Positions 1-11,022 of a stretch of 32,017 bases of DNA are shown here, in pieces. Source of the stretch: Dirinaria sp. TL-2023a (taxonomy: Eukaryota). Positions within the stretch are counted from its first letter, which is position 1; each line of letters begins with the position of its first letter. The translations under genes were made by a program, and so were the position numbers. The notes below the pieces were generated by a model. The model was not told where the DNA came from. It did no database searches and saw only the letters and a program-made list of their open reading frames with translations. The stretch lies in NCBI GenBank assembly GCA_051941275.1, contig JAVEBF010000088.1, positions 1 to 32,017 on the forward strand, read 5' to 3'.

Positions 1-8
1 GGTAACAG

Positions 9-414
9 TATCCACAACCTCGGGCTAGTAGGACACATTGAAGACATCGCTGTAGCGAAAGACCAGCAAGGGAAAAAACTCGGGCTGCGAATCATCCAGG
101 CGCTGGACTCCATCGGGCAGAAAGTCGGGTGCTATAAAGTAAATCAATTGCCCCCTCTCTTCCCCTTCTCCTTTGCTTTGCCCTTTTCCCCCATTTAATC
201 CCAACACAAACTACAGCCAAGCTGACCGATTTATCTCTACGTATAGTCCATCCTCGACTGCAGCGAAGCGAACGAAGGGTTCTATGTGAAATGCGGCTAC
301 AAGCGCGCCGGCCTGGAAATGGCACATTACTACGATCAGCCGAGTGCGAGCGGGGGCAGTACTGGGGGGGTTGGTGGGGATGGGAAGCAGAAGGAGGGAG
401 CGTCGAAAGTGTGA
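9..414 (+). CDS. GNA1: Glucosamine-6-phosphate N-acetyltransferase (GNAT family), 3' part; the 5' exon(s) lie outside the window
   Basis: Not in the ORF track. Exon 9-138 follows an acceptor CAG at 6-8 and reads IHNLGLVGHIEDIAVAKDQQGKKLGLRIIQALDSIGQKVGCYK. Intron 139-246 is GTAAAT...GCTGAC...TAG. Exon 247-414 reads SILDCSEANEGFYVKCGYKRAGLEMAHYY...SKV*. GHIEDIAV, QGKKLG, GCYKxILDC and FYxKCG are the characteristic Gna1 motifs. Confidence 0.95.
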
Positions 415-1082
415 AGGAGGCTGTTCCAGACCGGCAGAGCTGAAGAAAACCGACTGTTAGCTACAAAGTTAGTAGGTCTCTTAGCAGGAACCATACATTG
501 ACGAGTGGTAGACTCGCAGAAGAGGATGATGGGAATCCTTCTCGATTGCTCGGCGGCGCGTGGGGACGACACGATATCAAAGGGTCTTAAAGAGTGTATG
601 CTGAGGAATGCTATAGATGTGCTCTATGAGACGGTGTACGATAAGACGAATACACGATTTGGCGATGCCAATCAGCACCCCAGGCTCCATGTATGAAAAA
701 GAGGAATATCGCGTAGCCAAGCGGATGCCAAAGAATAGGAGTAAAGTCCTCCGTTGACTTGGTTGTACTTGTGAAGCACGTCTTTTCGCGATTTTGGAGC
801 CAGCTCCGGAAGTTAGAGATCTCCATGATCATGTGAGCATCTGCCTGAAAGCAAAATTCTCCCAAAGCAACCGGGTATCAATGACCATCACACCCCCTAT
901 CAGGAAGGCAGTCCAACGCCTTGCCTCAATGTACAGTATTCGCAACGATGATCAACGCTAAGAACAGTAAGGCTCAAAAGCGAAACTCATGCAACAGCGT
1001 TACCAAGGTCGCGGCCCGAACCTGTGGGTAGTTGCAGTGGCCCCTCTCTCTTGTCACGGCATCTTGCATACTCGCGCCACGA

Positions 1083-2678
1083 CTAGTAATAATTTCCCTT
1101 GGGCAATGCGACGAATATGCCGACGGCAATAGCCGTCAGGATAAGCGCTCCAAGTAGCGCTTGAAGAAAAATGGTGTCCTGGATTTGACGGAGGGCTGGT
1201 TCCTGAATCCATACCTCGCGGTCAAAGATCTTGCGGATCACGTTCCGTTTCTCGTACTTGGCGACCCATGGCTCGTCCTCATAGCTGCTGCTGCTGCCAA
1301 GAGTTTCGAAAGAATCTTTGCCCATTTCGAATTGCGAAGCCTTATCATCGTCTTCGGCGAATAATTCCCAAGGTCGGAGATGGCGATGGTGCATGCCGTG
1401 CAGAACCTGGTTGTTTCAGCACAAGTGCAGGGCGAAAATGACGTGCAGCTACTTACGACGCACATGCCCTTCCAAGCAGCGATCAGCGTTGCAATGCCGA
1501 TCATGAAACCGATAGCCGACAGGACTCTCCAGCCCCGTCCAGCGTCGCTGAGGGTGATGAGGATAGCGGCAATGATGCCACCAATTATGCCGCCGAGGCC
1601 GAGGCCGCGAGCGAAGATTACTCGAGGACGGTTGCCGTTGCAAATAGTCCAGCGGATGAAATTAGGGTGAGCTTGGTGACGAAGAGACCATTCCACGGTG
1701 TGCACGATGCCTCGGAAAGCAGAAGGATGTGTTGTATTTGCGAGAGCGTGCAGAAGCGAAGCACGTTCCTTGGAGGACAGGTTGAGCTGGCGAGGAGCGC
1801 CATCCGCTACGTAGATTGCAATGATTCGGGAAACCTCTTCACGGAATGGCTGGATGGTGACTAGGTCCCCCCGTTAGCGAAGTTTGCTGTCCAGGGTAGA
1901 CTTTTCCCTACATGGCTGCCACTTGAGGTCGGCTCCCTGAAATGCATCACCTGCTTTCTTCTTGAAAGACTTGTTCGAGCCGTAGAGAGTTGAACCAGCC
2001 TCACTCCAAGTACTGTCCGATGGCAAAATGCTCTCGCGTTCGGTATCTGGTGTCAACGGAGGGGTATTGAAGGGGTTGCCCCTGATTTCGACCACACTCG
2101 CGTTGGGAGGAGCGAAGTCGGTGCCTTTGAAAACGGCAGCTGTTTGTGGGCTGACCGTCTTCGGTGCAAGAGTGTTCTGGTTGCTGAAGCCTTCTGCTTC
2201 TGCCTGCTCCACGGTCCAGACCGGTGCCAAAGCACGCTCACTTGCAGGCATGGCATCGAAACGTTTGAGGTAATCACGATACCAGAGATAGAATTGGAGG
2301 TTCTCGGCAGCATGCTCGATGTAGACTAGGTAGTTCATCAAGTCTCGGGTCGTACATGGCTGCATACACCAGAGTCAGCTAGTTGTTCGAAGAACACCGA
2401 ATGAGCAATTTTATTGCTCTCAGCCCCAGTTTGTTTGGAAGAGTATTTTCTGACGAAGCTTGCCGTTGCACCGCGGTCGAGGGTTTTCAACTCACCGGAC
2501 AGGTTCCGCCTGCGATAATGCGGTCAAAGGACAAGGCATCTGGAATGCCAAAGGATACTGTAGAGCTCTCGGAGTTAACGGTCGATTCGCCAATGGACTT
2601 GGTCTTCTCGCTGCCGCTCAACGAAGCTCGGCAGGAGTCTACATGCGGGGGTCGACGATAGGTGAGAGAATAGACCAT
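1083..2678 (-). CDS. Fungal RGS-domain-containing membrane protein, ~452 aa, 4 exons
   Basis: Exons 2678-2496, 2359-1912, 1860-1457 and 1406-1083, with GT-AG introns that keep frame (1359 nt total). RGS-like motifs are LMNYLVYIEHAAENLQFYLWYRDY and FREEVSRIIAIYVADGAPRQLNLSSKER. Three hydrophobic segments lie near the C-terminus (GLGLGGIIGGIIAAILITLS; VLSAIGFMIGIATLIAAW; IFLQALLGALILTAIAVGIFVAL). Confidence 0.85.
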
Positions 2679-3033
2679 GGCTATGGAGAGGGATATCCGG
2701 TGCGCAGAGATAGATGGAAGATTACAATGACGGAAGAGAAAGCGTCGAAGAATTAAAGGCGATGATGTAAGTAGTAGTAGGCAGAAGATTGTTTTGGTTC
2801 GAGCTAGAAGTAAGTACTATAAATGTGGCGGAGGGGAGGGAGGAGAGGGAGGCGGACGGAGGCAGATGGAGGTAGAAGCGAGGTAGAAGCGAGGTTCTAG
2901 AGTTGGAAAAGGTGAAGTGAGGTAGTGCCAAGTGGTGGTGATTGGAACGTTCGAGTGCAGGCGGTCAAGCAACTTGCACTAAAGAATAAAATCCGCGAAT
3001 ACTGTCAAAGAATGTGGGGCTTCGGTGGTCCGT

Positions 3034-3057
3034 GTGAGAGAGTGAGAGAGTGAGAGA
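3034..3057. repeat. (GTGAGAGA)x3 purine-rich tandem repeat upstream of the RGS gene
   Basis: Read directly: gtgagaga gtgagaga gtgagaga. Confidence 0.75.
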
Positions 3058-5662
3058 GATTTTTGCCGGTCTTGTGGCTTGACAATCGGGGCAAGAAAGA
3101 GGAAAGAGTGCCCACCGTGACCGCGTCAGCTCGGTGTAACGCTCACGTCACGGAGAGAAAAAAATATGGATAATGGTGATGCACTCGGAAGCTTTGAAAC
3201 ACTGTGGAGAGAGTGTGTGGAGAGGTGGAAAGGAATAATGGAACGGCTACCTGAGGATCAAAAGTATCGAGATTTTTAGAGCCGCCTGCAGGTAGAGTAC
3301 GGGGGACGATCTGGAAGCCTGTAAGGTCAATAGGCACTAGGTCTGAGTACCTGAGCTAGGAGCAGTCCATAGAAAATCAGGCGGCATGGCGGATAATAAT
3401 CTTGGATGTAGAATGATCGTGTATATTAATTAATTCGGCAAAAAAAAAGGCAGTCTTGCAGGAGTCGTTGTTGATAAGCCAGGTACTAGCGACACGGACC
3501 ATGGCCGCTACGGTCGACTAGAGCATGGTTCACTCTACATCTACCGATCTGCAAGTGAGAACTAGGTCTGAATCCTTTACATCTCGATGGCATTCGTGGG
3601 GAAAAGCTTGCTCAGGGGCTGATTACCGGGTTCTTGGTGAAATTGCCCTCGGCTCCGACTTCCATCCCTATCTCTGATGAATGGCGCGCAGCGGTCTCGG
3701 GCGTGCACGTTTCAATCCTAGGAATCCCTCGACGAACATTTGATGGAGTGAATAGATGATTCTGACTTCGAGTCCCAATGTCGACATGGTTCAGCTGCCA
3801 GATCTCGATGTTCTCGCTTCGGCGATTGATGAGGTGTGGAATACTAGTGACGATGGATGAGGCGAGCTGGAAGATGCTTGGCCGGAGCTGCACGGGCCAA
3901 TCATCATGCATGGAAAACGATCCTGCTGCCGGCACTGGTTGCCAGATGTCGCCGCTCTGGATCTTTGGAATTGGGTGGAGTAGTGTGGGCTGTGTGGGAC
4001 CCTCACAGACTATTGAGGCTTTGCTGAAAATCGATCGGAGATGCTCGAATTGCGTGGGCCAGGAGGCTTACGAAACAGGCTCGACAGGGCATGGGGGGCT
4101 TGGCGGGGAGCAAGGGGACAGGGATAAGGCTAAGCGAATTGCAGATGAGATCGCGTCACACTTCACCCTTGTCAGCACTTTACCTTAATCAGCGAATCCC
4201 CCAATGAGAGTCGGGCAATCGTGCCCAGGTCGAAGCGAGAAAGTCGTTAATCATGAAATCACGATCCGACGTGGGATGGCATCAATTTACCTGCCAGGTC
4301 ACGATCTACGACCAAGGAGGAATCTTACGGTGGACTCCGTACGGGATACTCGGTCAGCACTCAGCCGTCTCGAGAAGTTCCATTAGCATGGATCCCCCAA
4401 TAGGTATCTCCCTACGACCAAGAGAAGCCCGTGCGCTACCAATCTTAAAGGCCCGCCGCCAATCCTGGAACGTGCTATGGCGGAAACGGCACCGTGGAGC
4501 AGCGACCCCCTTTGGAATTTGTCACTCTGCCCTTCTACGCTGACGGCAAATACGGGATCCAGCCATCGTTGCCTGCTCCTACTACTGGAGTCCTTGTTCT
4601 TTGCTCTCTACATGCCGAGGCTCACGACGTTCACGACGAATAAAGTAAGATTTACTCCATCAGTCGGCGTCTTCGGCAGGAGCTATGACAGTACTGTACT
4701 AGTCCCGAGGTTCCAGATGAGTGTATGGGATATCTCGTGCCCACCTGCAGCTATCAATGCACGGTGCTGCTGGAAAGTGACCCAGCGCCATGGCTCGGTG
4801 ATGGGCCATCCCACATGGCCGAACAGTCAATCACAGCCATCCGGATGCGGTATGTCTCTGTTCCAGCCTCTACCCTGTCTCTGCAGCTGTCGGTGCGCTG
4901 TATTCTAAATGGGGGCTCCTCTCACCGACCCTGAGTTGAAACAGCTGAGATGCCTGACCTGGCCATATCACCTGTCCTAAATACGAGGGTCTCTCATTGC
5001 ACTGTCCCCCGATAGCAGCCATACTGACACTGCAGTGGAAATTTGGTGTTAGTGAACGATAGGAAGTCACCAGAGAAAGAGCATTCTAGTCCCGTGCGTT
5101 TGGTAGTCCTTATACCAGTACGAGATCCATAATGTAGAGCAGAGGCAGGTCTGTAAATTCGACTGTTCATTCTCATATCAGCTCCATTTCAACGTAGCAG
5201 CCAAGGTCTGCATTATTCGGAGAATTCCTATAAATTTATTGCTTAAGGTGGGACCACGCTGGACGTTAGAGTAGGGTCGATAGCCTCTACAGTGCTGTCA
5301 CGTGACTCATACGGGTCGTGGTAATTCTGGAAAAGACGAATGACTTTTCGCAGAGCATTTCGGAAGGCCGCTGAAACGGCTGTCAGCAGCGAAATGCCCG
5401 GGTAGACGAATATGTTGGTGGCTGCTTGGGAGGCTTGGAGCAAATATTGCGTGTACTCGTAAGCGTCTTTGGCTTTTCTCCTACTCCTCTACGCCGCAGC
5501 CTCAAAATATGCAGCCTAGCCTTGGCGAGGCTGACTGTTGTGGCGGATGTGTTGGAGTCCTCGCGCCTTATCATCAACTGCTCTGCAGTTGATCTATCTC
5601 TTTCCCTCTTCTCGTAATATCTTACTATTTACGATTTCCGTATTTTACGCGTTAGCTATACT

Positions 5663-7833
5663 ATGTCCAAGATAGTCGACGTCGATGCTGTGTCGAGCGA
5701 ACTCACACAACGTGACATTGAAAAGGATCCTCAAACAATTTTGCAAAAGCATCGCCAAGTGTTGTCTAATCTGAAAGCCTGGCATGACTGGAAAGAGCCC
5801 CACTACGGTTCTCCCATTTCCTTCCTACGAAAGAAGCTGTTTTCGAAAAGACCGCGGTGCCCTAGCATCGACGAGTTGCAGTCTTTAGGGAAGTTCTTCT
5901 TTCCGCCTCGCGGTTCTCTCGAGGCATCAATATGCGACTTTGGCTGTGAAGGAACCCAATCCGAGCCGGTTTTTGTTAAAATCCGTAATCTTCGAACTTG
6001 TAAGGGTTAGTCACTACTAGCCGTCACAAAACCATGATCTTACGCTATCTCGACAGTCTGGCAACAAAAGCCGTCCAATGTGCAGGTTCGCTGGATGTAC
6101 GTTCTGCGTAATCTCAACAGATATCTTCGCTGATAGTATTAGTCATGTACCTGTAGGAATAGGCCTTGTACATAATGTGAGTCGCAAAATTCGGGCTCCT
6201 GGTCAGAAAATAAGCTGAGTATCACTGCTCTGACAGGCAATCAGCGAAGCTTTTATGGAAGAACATAAAAATGCCGGAAGCACAAAATTTTTCAATTACT
6301 CCGGTCCCAACCCTGCGTGCGAAGTACTTAGCCTCAGGGATCGACAGTATTTGCAGGACCAGCTGGACGTATTCAATGTGCTGCAAAACTCCCCAGAACT
6401 AACCAAAGATCCTGAGCGCTTGCTTGGCGGAAATGATCTAAAGATGCCCCTTTTATCAAACGTTCCCGAGGATGAAAAACGACTTAGAATTGAACCGAAC
6501 TTTTGGAACCGCGTCCAGACAGACATCCCGTGGCAGCTTACAGAAGGAGCCAAGAGTAATCTGCTTGATAAAGATCTTGTCACGAACCCAGTCTTGAAAA
6601 AAGTCGATGAACAGATACTCGGGCAGCATGCGTGTTACGAGGATGCAGTCCTGGTTCGGGACCACTTCCAGTGTTTTCATCGAGACGACGGTGTGTTCAT
6701 TACTCAAGACTCATGCATAGATTCTGAGACAACTGATAATGCAGGTTTCGTGCTCACCATGTCTCCAACGGCTGGTGTACATTTCTTGGATGCCGGCATG
6801 TCCCAGTGGATACAAGAATCTACGCATGCAGGCACTGAAGCTAAAGACGCATCGGTTATCGCATACCTCAGAGAGGCTTACAAAAGTGAAGGTACCAGGG
6901 CATGGCCTTCGCAAACAGCAGCTTGGTTCCTAGTCCGCCTTATCACGAAAGTGCTTGTCGTCCCTCATGATAGCCATACGGGTAAGACCATTCCAGAAAT
7001 TCAGCAAGCGTACCTGCCCTTAGTCAGAGACCTAGTATGTCTATCTCTTAATGCTTCAGCTCTATTTTCGTAGGCATGTCTCTAAATTTCAATACTTCTA
7101 ATCTTTCGCAGAAAGCTCGTCGTGGAGCTCCATTCAAACGCCACGAGTCCGTCAATCTCGTTCGTGAGTATATCACATGCATGGATGAACTCACCCAGCT
7201 CTACAGTATCTACGAACAGAAGCTCAATTTCCTAAGTAAGCTTCGGAAAGACTGTGAGATCATACAAAATTCCTCGAACTCAGATACCTTTGGCGATCAA
7301 AGCCAAGCCTCTACCACCAGCAATGACGGCGAGCCCAGTAAAACCATGACTGAGCAAGTGGACTGGGCCGTAGACCAGCTCAAAACAAACCATGAAGGGC
7401 TTCCACGCACGCTCACTGAACTACGGAATTCACTCGATGATGTATGATCTCCACCGTTTATTGCATCGGCAGAAACTGATTCCTGTCGCTGCAGCTTTTC
7501 CAGCTCCGCACCATAGAGCAGAATGAGCTCGCCATCATTGCGGAGTCGAATAATAAAGCCATTCTAGTCTTCACGGTCGTGACCATTATTTTCCTTCCTC
7601 TTTCGTTCTTCACATCTTACTTCGGTATGAATGTGAAGGGGATCAATACAGATGAAAACACACAGGTCACACAGGGATTCTTCTGGGCTGTTTGTGGAAG
7701 TTTAACGTTCGTCATTGTCGTTTTCACTCTCGTATACGGCTTCAAAGATCGACTGTATGCGTTTACCTGGAGTAACAGGCAGCTGTCGTTGAGAGGCCAG
7801 CAGAAAGGATCAGGATTTCGAAACAATCATTAA
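5663..7833 (+). CDS. Protein with a C-terminal CorA-like Mg2+ transporter transmembrane module, ~625 aa, 6 exons
   Basis: Exons 5663-5999, 6057-6096, 6143-6176, 6237-7034, 7112-7441 and 7495-7833, all with GT-AG introns and frame-consistent (1878 nt). The last exon reads NNKAILVFTVVTIIFLPLSFFTSYFGMN...FFWAVCGSLTFVIVVFTLVYGF, i.e. two TM helices flanking the CorA GMN signature. A helical, stalk-like region precedes it. Confidence 0.85.
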
Positions 7834-8640
7834 GTTCTAGTGAAACGAAGCGACCACCTAGAACAAAGCTTGAGAGGCTCACGTGGTCAAGGATTAAATC
7901 TTTCTGTCCCTCTTTGGCTTCAAAGTATAGACATAGCAACCGAATCTGTTTTAGTCCAAAAGTCTTCTCGAAGCCTTCCGAAACCCAGCGACTCTGTGCA
8001 TCCACTCAAGCTCCAAATAGTTCATCCTATGCCACTAGCTTCTACGGCGGTTGCTGATGAGTAACTCATGCCGTGGTACATCAGCCCACTCAGAAGACAT
8101 ATCGAGAGCCACCGTGCGATGTTATATGAGGCTCGCTGTCTGCAATGCCGAGGCAGAAGGCCAATGCTCATGATTATCATAGCACAAAATATCCCATACT
8201 GGCACCAGCAAAGTCAAAGCATTTGGCAGAGTCTGCACACATATCCAAGAATCCTTACTTGACTTTGAAAAGATCAATAGAAAAGAAAAATAAAAGAAGA
8301 AAGAAGAAAGAATATGGATGTGAATCAAATCGAGTACTACCACCTCACCCCACAAAATGAAGTCCAGCACACACATCGACCCCTCCATTATAAACCAATC
8401 AGATAAATCCACATATCTGGAGCAGACATTCCCTTAGCTACTAAAGCTCCTTGGGTCAACTCCCAAAAATCATTATATCGCCAGGTTTTTTTTCTCGACC
8501 ACTGTCCGAGATGCAGCCACCTCTTCCCTTTATCCTTTACCTACTGCATCCAGACACTCCTGCTACCTACCTATTATCTACCATTGTGATTCAGCTACAG
8601 AAAAGATTCGAAAGAGCAGCCTAGGCGAGTATAGAGCCAG

Positions 8641-9270
8641 ATCTTACGAGAAACTAGATTGATTTTAACGAACTATCTGCGATCCGAGCCGAGCACAAGC
8701 GATCGAGATTTTTTGCGTTCGTTGAGAATGGAGATCTGATATATCAAATAAAACAAATATTACAATTTCACAAACGCATGACTAGATGTAGTGCGCCATA
8801 TCGACGTGGTCGGAAGAATTCGAATAATTCGAGTACTTACGAAATAGACGATCGTGGTGTATCCTTCGATACAGTAGAGAACACATTGAGATATTGTCGA
8901 CTCGACGTTCGTGAGTCAGATTTATCGAGATAATAACTTAAGTAGACAAATGTGTAGCGGAGATGATGAAAGAAGCGAACGCGATTGATTATCTCGCGCT
9001 CGAGATAGATCTTAGTCTCGGAGTTTATAGTTCGTATTCTTTACTCTTCAAGCAAATAGCACACGTAAAAAAGTCATAATGACAAAGATTCAACCGGATA
9101 AGAGCAAAGGAGGAGTTGACTATACGCCGCCAGGGGGGTGGACATAAGCGAAGGATAATGCAACGACAAAGACTGAACGCCTGCTCGAAGTCGATAAAAC
9201 TTTATCAAGAGAAAAACAGACTGCTCTGAGCATCGAGCCATCACATCCATATTCTAAAACCGAAGAGTAG
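8641..9270. other. Mutationally eroded (RIP-like) relic sequence, probably an old repeat or transposon fragment
   Basis: No ORF of 60 aa or more. CC/GG is strongly depleted and TCGA enriched (hand count for 8641-9090: ~10 CC+GG, ~9 TCGA). No TE domain is recognisable. Confidence 0.45.
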
Positions 9271-11022
9271 ATATCGATACTAACCGACTCTCAAACTCCC
9301 TATAAATTCCCCACAGAAAATGGGAAACAACATCGCTTCCATTCGTAGTGTGTTCATAATCCCGTTATCTGGTTCGCCGAAACAAGACTTGAAATCATCT
9401 TTGGACCCCATGGTATAGCTCAAAGCTCGTATATTGTGTTCATCAATCGGTGCTGAACGAAACATATTTCCATGATCGAGGCTTGGGAGGGTAGATGGCA
9501 TGAGAAAAAATCAAGGCCCATCTCCGATTTCTGAGGTCGTTCCTGTTCTCCCGAAAAAAAGCGGACGCTACCATCCATATATCTATACCCAATCCTTTCT
9601 CTGGTGATGTAAAGAATCCGATTAAAAAGCAAGGTCCCCAAGCTGACTGCTTAACAGGGCGTAAAACCCCCATTAACTCATCTCTATGAACTCCTTGTGA
9701 TTCTCAAGAGTCGGGATAGACGAGCGTGTGATTGTTGATGATATGAAACATAACGATACATCTTAGTCTTGAGGGTTTTATATTGCTTTTTTGTTTGTTT
9801 TAAAGATAATAAAACTTGTCAAGGAATCTCATAGAGTGCAAGCTTATTTTTTTGTATTCGTGTTATGTAAACACTGAGATCGAAGTTTACTCTGGTTATT
9901 TGCCGTTATTGACGGATACTCTTTTCTTAAAAGAAAAATCGGAGGAAGGTTCTCGATCAACGAAAGAGCAGAGAAAGATAAGAATTTTAGTTCCATGCTT
10001 CAGGAAAATTCTTGAACGGTTTTATTGTTGTGCTGGGGTTTTATGTTTTTTGAAGTGGAATTCCATCGCTGGTCATCTCTGATTTAAATAGAAGAGCTAG
10101 TTCGAGATGTCATCAGATTTTTCCCTTTGTTTGATGTATCGTATCACAATACTTGTTTCATCTGACTCTTCCACCCCTGAGACTTGTCCTCGTATGAATA
10201 TCGATCTGAATCCTAATTCAAACCTTCCGAAACTCAAATCTTAGGAAGTTCTTTCTTTTCATCGATTATATCACATACCGCTCCCAAAATGAATGTAATG
10301 ATCTTCATCCCATTGGAAGAAGACCAGACACACCTTCGTCCATTTCTTTATCATCATTGGCAGCTGCTCAGGGATCGGATGAGCGAGTCCGACCCAGCTT
10401 TACCCTCTTTTGTAATAGCCTTGAAAATTCCGATAGTGCGCAAAAGCGCTTCGTCTAGGTTTATTTAGAGATGAGGTTGGTATTGGGTCGTGGCGGACGG
10501 AAGGGTATATAGTAATTCGGTGGAGGGCGTTGCAATGTAGGAAAGTAGAGGGGGATGGGGGTGAGTGATATATACTGACTCCCGGCACCGCTGCCTTGTA
10601 GAAAGGTTCTTGATGGCTTTGTTATTTTGTTGGGATTTTGTTGAGTTGTTGTTCGGAGGGATTTCTGAGCGTGGCGGAATTTGGAGAGGAAGAGAGAAGT
10701 AAGAAGAATAAAAAAGGCAGAAGAAAAAAAAAAGAAAAAAAATCTCTGGGGTGATTTTGGTCTCTGTCATACTTGTTGAGTGAAAATATATAGATATAAT
10801 CGAGAATATGCTACCAATTTTCTGAAATTGACTATCTCTTACTCCGTCCGAAGCCGCACATAGAGTGCCAGCAGAAGCTTTTTCTGAAAGGTTCCCATAT
10901 GGATGCAACATGAAGAAAGATACCAACAGCCAATTTTGGCAACTAAAAAATTTTCCTACCGCCTATCCACTCGATTGAACCTGGGTCTTACCTTCCCTGC
11001 AGTCCGTTCAGTCTGGGTTTGC

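Noticed and set aside
25..865. Short ORFs in the track (25-207, 92-325, 336-572, 505-696, 611-865)
   Set aside because: They are antisense shadows of GNA1 or lie in the convergent 3' UTR region, and show no recognisable motifs.
3612..5617. ORFs of 60-143 aa between the divergent RGS and CorA-like genes
   Set aside because: They overlap on both strands, are Cys/Trp/Arg-rich in a way typical of non-coding translation, and give no domain or splice model.
9280..9673. Three overlapping minus-strand ORFs of ~75 aa
   Set aside because: Possibly another relic, but I could not establish a consistent frame or motif.
10371..10395. Small hairpin GGGATCGGAT...GTCCGACCC as a possible Helitron 3' end
   Set aside because: No CTRR terminus at the expected distance and no Rep/helicase remnant.
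10945..10990. B-box-like GGTTCAATC with a downstream T-run on the minus strand
   Set aside because: No matching A-box or stems, so it is compatible with chance.
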